From: Thermoplasmata archaeon
GTDB taxonomy: Archaea; Thermoplasmatota; Thermoplasmata; RBG-16-68-12; SOIM01
Direction of reading: 5' to 3'
DNA length: 24,000 nucleotides
Assembly: GCA_023140195.1 (NCBI GenBank)
Contig: JAGLME010000003.1
Location: forward strand, 29,180 to 53,179
The position numbers were made by a program, and so were the translations under genes. The first letter of the stretch is position 1, and the number at the start of each line of letters is the position of its first letter. This document shows positions 1 through 5,350 of this stretch, piece by piece. The notes beneath the pieces are model-generated. The model was not told the DNA's origin. It was given only the letters and a program-made list of their open reading frames with translations, and did no database searches.

Positions 1-520
1 AATCCAAGATGAAACTCACAGCCTTCGCCACAGCATCCACAATCGCAGTCGCAACATCCACGAGCCAATCCCACAGGTCCTCCAGCATCCTGAGCACTCC
101 GCCGAAGAGCCCGTCCATCTCCTTTTCGTAAGGAGGATCGAGACTGTTCCCCGCGAAGTCCTCCATCGTTATGCTCACTTCGTATGTTACGAGAACCTCC
201 GCCAATTTCAGATCAAGCGCGACCATGAACCATTCATGTCCCTTTCCCACGAAGGTCACCGTTCTGGTGTCATCCTCGCTTATGCTGACCGTGACGCTGA
301 ACTCAGATACGTCCAGGGCCTCAACTTCGATTTCCGCCCAGAGCCTCTTGAGGCAGGGAAGATAGATACCCCAACCGCCGCAGTCTCCCCACCTTTCGTG
401 CTTCGTTATGGCGATGTTGAGAACGATCGGTGGGGTGCTCTCTCTTATGAACGGGTTGAACTGGCTGTCCATCATTGTCTGGTTGTCGCCGTATATCCGC
501 ACGAAATCCTCGATCGACAT
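1..520 (-). CDS. hypothetical protein, N-terminal part only (ORF runs off the left window edge)
   Basis: My own minus-strand read has no stop from 634 down to 1 (about 210 codons). The first ATG is at 520-518 (MSIEDFVRIYGDNQTMMDSQFNPFIRESTPP...). An in-frame TTG at 580-578 lies about 24 nt downstream of a TATA-like box and could be a leaderless start. It is not in the supplied track because it is open-ended. GC-rich codon usage resembles the neighbouring genes. No family recognised. Confidence 0.45.
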   Translation of the reverse strand, partial: MSIEDFVRIYGDNQTMMDSQFNPFIRESTPPIVLNIAITKHERWGDCGGWGIYLPCLKRLWAEIEVEALDVSEFSVTVSISEDDTRTVTFVGKGHEWFMVALDLKLAEVLVTYEVSITMEDFAGNSLDPPYEKEMDGLFGGVLRMLEDLWDWLVDVATAIVDAVAKAVSFILD

Positions 521-603
521 CGTGGTGGAATTGACGGGATCGTGGTGCTGAAGAGCCAGTTCCAATAATCGTTGTATCAAATCTGATAACGGTCTCGGCA
601 CGC

Positions 604-611
604 TTTTTATA
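604..611 (-). promoter_or_regulatory. TATA-box-like element (TATAAAAA on the minus strand) upstream of the left-edge ORF
   Basis: Plus strand reads tttttata at 604-611, so the minus strand reads CATATAAAAAGCG. It sits in the only AT-rich stretch upstream of the open minus-strand ORF. Confidence 0.35.
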
Positions 612-800
612 TGAGAAACATACGCCGACTCACATCATAAATCACGATGTCCCCTCCTCTGAGGAAGGGTAGTAACCCGCGATTTTGCGGGTGTGGGCTC
701 TCGGGCCTTGCTACCGACTTCCTCACCCCCCTTTTTTTCCCGTTCCCATCTCATCGGGCGGGCACGCTGATGATTAAGAAGATCTCGAAAAGAATGTTCC

Positions 801-938
801 CTACTCCTCCTCTTTGTTCTTCCGTTGGCTTGGAAGGACTATGATGTTGAGTGGAATGATCTGTCCGCTGTCGTCATCATCCTTGGGGTAGATGACGCTC
901 TTGCCCTCTGGTGCTATTTTGTGGAATCGCAGTTTCAT
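801..938 (-). CDS. small hypothetical protein (45 aa)
   Basis: Hand-translated: ATG at 938, TAG at 803-801, MKLRFHKIAPEGKSVIYPKDDDDSGQIIPLNIIVLPSQRKNKEEE. It is below the ORF-track length cutoff. A TTTTAAGTA box lies about 30-37 nt upstream on the minus strand and a T-rich run follows the stop. No family recognised. Confidence 0.3.
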   Translation of the reverse strand: MKLRFHKIAPEGKSVIYPKDDDDSGQIIPLNIIVLPSQRKNKEEE

Positions 939-1099
939 CGTATCTGTAGTTCATACCACCCTAGGATACTTAAAACGGAAGCAACGGATTATCGTGGCTG
1001 ATTATCTTTTGCACAACTGGTAATACCGACCAGATGCGGTTTGCACCGCTCAACATTCAACTAAACCAGAACAAATCCGCGAAGGTCCAGGATGGCCGT

Positions 1100-1447
1100 T
1101 CAATCTATCAGGAGCTCAAGTCCGGTCCAATCCCCACCGAAGTCCTTGACGGCGCCGGTGGCGAGATGGAACCTCGCTCTGAGTTTCCCGTTCTCAAAGA
1201 AGATGAAGGCGGTCTTCAACCTCGAGAGGTAAAGGTTCTTCCTCTTGCCTTTCGGCGTGAGAACCCTGTCCACACATTCTATCAGTCCAACGTCCTCTAA
1301 GGTCTTGATCTTCCTGTAGCATGCCGCGATTGGTATGCCGTACGTGTTGCTTATCTCCTGGGCGCTCATCTTCTTCTTGAAGGTCGCCAGAAGAATCTTC
1401 GCAGAATACTCGTCTGTCAGCATTTGAGAGGCTTCAAGGGCGTCCAT
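1100..1447 (-). CDS. winged-helix (ArsR-like) transcriptional regulator, paralog of 4929-5273
   Basis: This is track ORF 1100-1474, but codon 1 there is TTG. The first ATG is at 1447 (MDALEASQMLTDEYSAKILL...). The HTH core SAQEISNTYGIPIAACYRKIKTLEDVGLIEC plus the wing KGKRKNLY are shared almost motif-for-motif with the 4929-5273 protein. Confidence 0.7.
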   Translation of the reverse strand: MDALEASQMLTDEYSAKILLATFKKKMSAQEISNTYGIPIAACYRKIKTLEDVGLIECVDRVLTPKGKRKNLYLSRLKTAFIFFENGKLRARFHLATGAVKDFGGDWTGLELLID

Positions 1448-1615
1448 ATTTATTCCCCTACCCACTGTCCACAACCTTTGCTATTGGTGAGTAAACCCAG
1501 CGTAAAGTGTTCAGATACTTAAAGTATGCCCTATCAGTTTTCTGTTAAGATAAGAGACATTTTTTTTCACGGTCATCAATCACTTGGTGACTGGTTAGGG
1601 ATTCGTCTCTGACCA

Positions 1616-1667
1616 CGGGGGTCGACCGAGAGTTCTCGTAACTTTCATGGTGTGTCAACGACCCCCG
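1616..1667. repeat. perfect 9-bp inverted repeat (CGGGGGTCG ... CGACCCCCG) enclosing a 34-nt loop with a nested CGAG/CTCG hairpin
   Basis: Read directly: 1616-1624 is CGGGGGTCG and 1659-1667 is CGACCCCCG. It lies in the intergenic gap between the regulator and the HNH gene. Confidence 0.5.
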
Positions 1668-1730
1668 AAATCTCTAAAAGGAGGGAGATGATATTTCCAC
1701 ACCATAATCAAGAGTGAGAGACTAGTAACC

Positions 1731-2135
1731 ATGGCTCACAAATGGTACAAGTTGAGTCAAAAGGCATTCGAGAGGGACAACTACACGTGCCGAAACTGTG
1801 GACAGAAATCGAAAACTCGGACTGAGCGTCACTTCTCAAGAGTATACTCTTACATATCACCACCCCTAGTAGCACATCATATCGTAAGAGATGATGATTA
1901 CTGCAATACGCCACTATCCAATCTAAAGACCTTGTGCCAGCCATGTCACAACAAGTACAAAAGAGACGATTCATTGTTCTACAGAAACCAGAGGAAATGG
2001 AAAGCACCTCAGTGGATTGACATAACGAAACCAGCAGAACGACCACCAGAAGAATGGGAATGTCTCAAATGTGGCAGTATGTTTGATTTATCTCTGAGGA
2101 CAACCTGTCCCAAATGCAGAGCCTTTTTCAGGTGA
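1731..2135 (+). CDS. HNH endonuclease with C-terminal zinc ribbon
   Basis: 134 aa, ATG start. The HNH pattern is CRNCG ... AHHIV ... NLKTLCQPCHNKY (CxxC, HH, N, CxxCH). It is followed by CLKCG ... CPKCR. Confidence 0.8.
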   Translation: MAHKWYKLSQKAFERDNYTCRNCGQKSKTRTERHFSRVYSYISPPLVAHHIVRDDDYCNTPLSNLKTLCQPCHNKYKRDDSLFYRNQRKWKAPQWIDITKPAERPPEEWECLKCGSMFDLSLRTTCPKCRAFFR

Positions 2136-2299
2136 GAAAACTCCAAAAGATTCATTACAGATGAATTACAGAGATACGACTGACACAGCATGAAAGAATG
2201 TGGAATAGTGAATAGACTGCCGAGGGTTTTCGACCCGCCAATCCTACCCTGTCTCGTTGATAGGGTGGAGAATATGCTTAGATGCATCAAGTCTGTGGA

Positions 2300-3420
2300 A
2301 TTCTTCCCGAGGTTCAAAATCGAGCGCTTCCCCGATTGCCCTTGAACTACGTGGGAGTCTTTATCTCACTTCGGGTCTTGTGATAAGTAGACCAATCTAT
2401 CAAATTAGACCATCCGTCGTTAAATGGCAACTTGATTCCAGCAATCCTCGCAGGTGTGGTCTTGAGCGTCTGATGTGGTCGAATGAAATTGTAATTCAAC
2501 GAGAAACCGTCCAGTAGTTGCCTAGGGTTCATGAACGCCCGCATCACCTTCGTTCGCTCCTTGAGGGTGTTGTGGAAGCGCTCAATCCTGTTGTTATTGC
2601 TGGGCATCGCCTTCGATATGCCCGCCTTCTGAATGAAGTTGATTTTGTCGTGAACGGTTCTCCCACCGAGAGCCATCTTCAATCCACCGTAGTAAGTCGG
2701 TAGTCCATCACAGATTACGGTTTCTGGAATCTCTTTGGAAGTCTCATAAGCATCCTTGAACACCGCCTTGGCATCTTTCTTTGTTCTTGTCTTTGACAGG
2801 TGAGTACCAAGAATCATTCGGGTATCTCTGTCCATCACTTCCCAGTACCACCACCCCTCGCCTTTGACCCTCACATAAGTTTCGTCAACATGCCAAATCC
2901 CGCCGAGAGTAGGAGTCAGCGACTGAACGAACTCCTTTACGAGGGGAGAGTACTTTTGGATCCAATTCCACACCGTGACTTGGCTGACCTTCACCTTGAA
3001 CAACTTCAGCAGATGCTTGGCAACCTTCCTCAGGCTCAGACCGTCATAGTAAACCTCCAAGGCGAACGCAATCGCTTCCTTCGGAACCCTCATCCTCGTA
3101 TGGTTGTCAGGATTCACGAACTTGTGTCCGCATGACTTGCACAAGAATCTCTGCTTTCCGTTCTGCTTTCCATGCTTCACAAGCTTGTCGGAATTGCAGA
3201 ACTTGCATCCTCCATTATCACTCAGGATTTCCCCGACGAAAGGGTTATTAGCACCGAAGTCGTTGACCTTTCTTGAGGTTGATAGCACAATATCAATCTC
3301 CATGAAACAGGGGTGTTCAACCACCCGCTGTTTCTCAATACTGGCAATGGGTTTCGAGCATATAAGCAGTGTCTGGAGGGGTCGGTGAAAATCGGGTTTT
3401 GAAACGAAAAAAGGCTTCCA
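2300..3420 (-). mobile_element. IS element (IS6-like); ends not resolved
   Basis: A single DDE transposase ORF nearly fills the interval. I found only weak terminal-repeat candidates by eye: TTCAAAA and CCCGATT words near 2312-2337 and, inverted, near 3387-3405. The boundaries are therefore approximate. Confidence 0.45.
2347..3324 (-). CDS. DDE transposase, IS6-family-like, with N-terminal zinc finger
   Basis: 325 aa. The zinc finger is CKFCNSDKLVKHGKQNGKQRFLCKSCGHKF. The DDE triad context is WHVDETYVRVKG, VICDGLPTY and NNNRIERFHNTLKERTK, followed by YNFIRPHQTL. Codon 1 at 3324 is GTG; an ATG at 3303 is an alternative start. Confidence 0.85.
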   Translation of the reverse strand: MVEHPCFMEIDIVLSTSRKVNDFGANNPFVGEILSDNGGCKFCNSDKLVKHGKQNGKQRFLCKSCGHKFVNPDNHTRMRVPKEAIAFALEVYYDGLSLRKVAKHLLKLFKVKVSQVTVWNWIQKYSPLVKEFVQSLTPTLGGIWHVDETYVRVKGEGWWYWEVMDRDTRMILGTHLSKTRTKKDAKAVFKDAYETSKEIPETVICDGLPTYYGGLKMALGGRTVHDKINFIQKAGISKAMPSNNNRIERFHNTLKERTKVMRAFMNPRQLLDGFSLNYNFIRPHQTLKTTPARIAGIKLPFNDGWSNLIDWSTYHKTRSEIKTPT

Positions 3421-3526
3421 TTTTCCACTCAGACGCTCTGTAGTCGAATCTGACGCACTTTCACTTTCATTCGAAGGAAAGGCATTTAAAGATAGTTGCT
3501 CATATCCTAATTGTAATCACCTTGGG

Positions 3527-3614
3527 TGCCCCCATGCGGACTTGAACCGCAATCTCCTCCTAGGTCTACCATGTGTGTCATGGGGAGGCGGTCTTCCGTT
3601 TAACCTATGGGGGC
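3527..3614 (-). tRNA. tRNA gene with a 16-nt insertion in the anticodon loop (probable intron); isotype unresolved
   Basis: Minus-strand read: GCCCCCA TA GGTT AAACGGAA GACC G CCTCC [CCATGACACACATGGTAGACCTA] GGAGG AGAT TGCGG TTCAAGT CCGCA TGGGGGC A. It has a perfect 7-bp acceptor stem, a G18G19 D-loop and a canonical T-arm. The anticodon stem is 5 bp but encloses 23 nt instead of 7. CCA is not encoded. A TTAAAAAG box lies about 30 nt upstream. Confidence 0.7.
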
Positions 3615-3637
3615 GTGTCCCTCTTTTTCTGTTCTTT

Positions 3638-3862
3638 TTAAGGCAGTTTTGTGCCACATTCCTTACACTTATCCTTATCAATACCATTCCCTGCACCACA
3701 ATATGAACACATTACCCAATGGCTGTCGACGAATTTATTCCAATCCTTAACATCCTCAACTAGACCAGATACCAAGTCACCAAAGGACAAAGCATATCTT
3801 CGTGTGAGCCTCTGCAAGATTCGATATTCCTTTTCGAATATCCTGATGGGGTATGTGGGCAT
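3638..3862 (-). CDS. small putative DNA-binding protein with C-terminal zinc ribbon
   Basis: 74 aa, ATG start. The N-terminus (IRIFEKEYRILQRLTRRYALSFGDLV) looks ribbon-helix-helix-like. The C-terminus is CSYCG ... CKECG. It is divergent from the 4087 gene. Confidence 0.55.
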   Translation of the reverse strand: MPTYPIRIFEKEYRILQRLTRRYALSFGDLVSGLVEDVKDWNKFVDSHWVMCSYCGAGNGIDKDKCKECGTKLP

Positions 3863-3975
3863 TCATTTCACCTTCTCTGCTACAGTGTTACTGGAGGAAT
3901 CCAGTAACTTTGTAACACAGATACTGCCACTGGATAAAAAGAACCCGTTTCATGTGCAATGGATATATCTGTAGC

Positions 3976-4035
3976 GGAACAGATATGTTCTGGGCGAAAC
4001 AAATACGTTCTGCCCGAAACGTATACATTACACAG
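3976..4035. repeat. three tandem imperfect 20-bp repeats in a divergent intergenic region
   Basis: Copy 1 (3976-3995) is ggaacagatatgttctgggc. Copy 2 (3996-4015) is gaaacaaatacgttctgccc. Copy 3 (4016-4035) is gaaacgtatacattacacag and is degenerate. Copy 1 contains the palindrome GAACA-GATA-TGTTC. Confidence 0.55.
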
Positions 4036-4086
4036 AACAAGGAACATCACAGAGAACTACTTATCCACTCGATTATTCCTCAATTG

Positions 4087-4341
4087 ATGAGTCATACGAT
4101 ACATGATGACATAATCATCATAATCAGGACTCTCCAAGAATCACCTGATTTGACCATTAGAGGACTTCAGATTAAGATGAAACGGCTGAGAAAGACCTTG
4201 ATATACAGAGATAGGCTGTTGGATCTCTGCGAAGTTCTCGAAATGCTGAACATACTGGAAGTTGATGAGAAGCCAAACATGACCTATCTCAAACTGACCG
4301 AATATGGAGAGGAAGTATCTAGAGAACTGGGCTCGAAATGA
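4087..4341 (+). CDS. small winged-helix protein (84 aa)
   Basis: This is the C-terminal part of track ORF 3952-4341. I start at the internal ATG 4087 (MSHTIHDDIIIIIRTLQESPDLTIRGLQIKMKRLRKTLIYRDRLLDLCEVLEMLNILEVDEKPNMTYLKLTEYGEEV). The upstream 45 codons overlap the repeat array and look non-coding. The helix-turn-helix plus wing pattern is similar to MarR/PadR-size proteins. Confidence 0.5.
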   Translation: MSHTIHDDIIIIIRTLQESPDLTIRGLQIKMKRLRKTLIYRDRLLDLCEVLEMLNILEVDEKPNMTYLKLTEYGEEVSRELGSK

Positions 4342-4487
4342 CTTCTCACGAAAACCTTTTTATCAGTCCTTGCGGATTCTGGTTCGGAACTGCATTACCT
4401 AGAGCGGGAAAGTCGGGGAGATAGTCTCTACTCGTTCTTTCTAGGCGATGTAGTTCCAGCTGTCTCTTCGATTCTAAAGTCGAAGAG

Positions 4488-4814
4488 ATGAGACGGAGTG
4501 ATGAAATGAAAGGAACTGAGTACGAAGACTACCGAATGGAGAAGAGCAAGTACATCGGGTCGACAATTTTCTATATTGGAGCCATTCTTCTGTGTATGGG
4601 GTTAGCTTTTTCCTACATCCTATCCTATGACATCGATACATCATACGGTCAAGAACTTGGGTATGTTTGGGTGCCCACAGCAACGGACTTGTCCAAGATA
4701 CTTGTCATTGTTGGAACGGCAATGGTCTTCATCGGCGGAGTCTGGGCTATTGATGTTGGGTGGTACATCAACAAGAAACGTGCGGAAGAGTTTTGGGCAA
4801 CGCATAAGAAATAG
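4488..4814 (+). CDS. small membrane protein, two predicted TM helices
   Basis: 108 aa, ATG start. The hydrophobic spans are IGSTIFYIGAILLCMGLAFSYIL and ILVIVGTAMVFIGGVWAIDVGWYI, followed by a basic tail KKRAEEFWATHKK. No family recognised. Confidence 0.5.
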   Translation: MRRSDEMKGTEYEDYRMEKSKYIGSTIFYIGAILLCMGLAFSYILSYDIDTSYGQELGYVWVPTATDLSKILVIVGTAMVFIGGVWAIDVGWYINKKRAEEFWATHKK

Positions 4815-4928
4815 CTGAGTATTCAAAATCAAAACATATCCTAACTCTCATGTCTCTTTACTTAACAAAGTACCCTATCAGAATCAGGTCGATTCCCGGT
4901 CATGACAACCGGTCGGAAAAACCGTCTC

Positions 4929-5273
4929 TCAGTGGCTGATTGGAGTGTTCAGCTTGATCCAGGTGTTGTTGATCGGCTCCTGGGTTTTGAATTCCAACTT
5001 CACCTTGAAGACCCCATCCTCGTACATGATGCAGGCCTTCAGCAGATGTGAGCGGTACAGCTTCATGCTCTTGCCCTTGCGGGTTGTCACGATCTTCTGA
5101 CACTTGAGGAGGCCCGCGTCCTCCAGTTCGTGTATCTTGCGGTAGCACGCTGCTATGGGCACGTCGTATGTATCGCTGATCTCTTGAGCAGATCTTGCTG
5201 AGAAATATGTTGCTGCAAGAATACGTTCTGCGTAATCGTCAGTAAGTAGCCTCGAGATCTCTTTTTCTCGCAT
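4929..5273 (-). CDS. winged-helix (ArsR-like) transcriptional regulator, paralog of 1100-1447
   Basis: 114 aa, ATG start. SAQEISDTYDVPIAACYRKIHELEDAGLLKC and KGKSMKLY align with the 1100-1447 protein at roughly half of the positions. Confidence 0.75.
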   Translation of the reverse strand: MREKEISRLLTDDYAERILAATYFSARSAQEISDTYDVPIAACYRKIHELEDAGLLKCQKIVTTRKGKSMKLYRSHLLKACIMYEDGVFKVKLEFKTQEPINNTWIKLNTPISH

Positions 5274-5294
5274 CGTAGGTCTTACCTCTTGGGG

Positions 5295-5302
5295 ATATTA
5301 AA
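5295..5302 (-). promoter_or_regulatory. TATA box (TTTAATAT on minus strand) positioned for a leaderless transcript of the 5273 regulator
   Basis: Plus strand reads atattaaa at 5295-5302. Its 3' edge on the minus strand is 21 nt upstream of the ATG, which fits archaeal leaderless geometry. Confidence 0.45.
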
Positions 5303-5350
5303 CCACTTTCATCCGATTATCATGGATGATATCTGCACAGGCGTGTGGGC

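Noticed and set aside
236-568. 110-aa plus-strand ORF at the left edge
   Set aside because: The opposite strand carries a longer open reading frame (634 to 1, open-ended) with a TATA box upstream. The plus-strand ORF looks like its shadow.
675-692. Hairpin ACCCGC-GATTTT-GCGGGT, considered as a T-arm of a tRNA fragment
   Set aside because: The loop is not T-loop-like, and no acceptor, D or anticodon arms can be built around it. It is more likely a simple structure in the gap downstream of the small ORF.
1646-1657. Similarity between catggtgtgtca here and ccatgtgtgtca inside the tRNA insert (3569-3580)
   Set aside because: Only a 7-mer plus 3 nt is shared, with an indel. A few such matches are expected by chance in 24 kb on two strands, so this is not enough to claim an att site or relatedness.
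2009-2317. 102-aa minus-strand ORF between and over the HNH gene's 3' end
   Set aside because: It overlaps the HNH CDS in antisense and has no motifs. The remainder is probably IS-flanking non-coding DNA.
3527-3614. Idea that the odd tRNA is a pyrrolysine/amber-suppressor tRNA (CTA occurs in the loop insert)
   Set aside because: The CTA is preceded by C, not U33. The tRNA also has a normal D-loop with G18G19, a normal T-loop and two nucleotides between the acceptor and D stems. It therefore lacks the compact tRNA-Pyl features.
3517-3699. 60-aa minus-strand ORF
   Set aside because: It overlaps the tRNA gene body. The Arg/Pro-rich translation is an artefact of the tRNA sequence.
3976-4035. 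Possibility that the 20-bp repeats are a mini-CRISPR array
   Set aside because: The units are directly abutting with no spacers, there are only three copies and they are degenerate, and there are no cas genes in the window.
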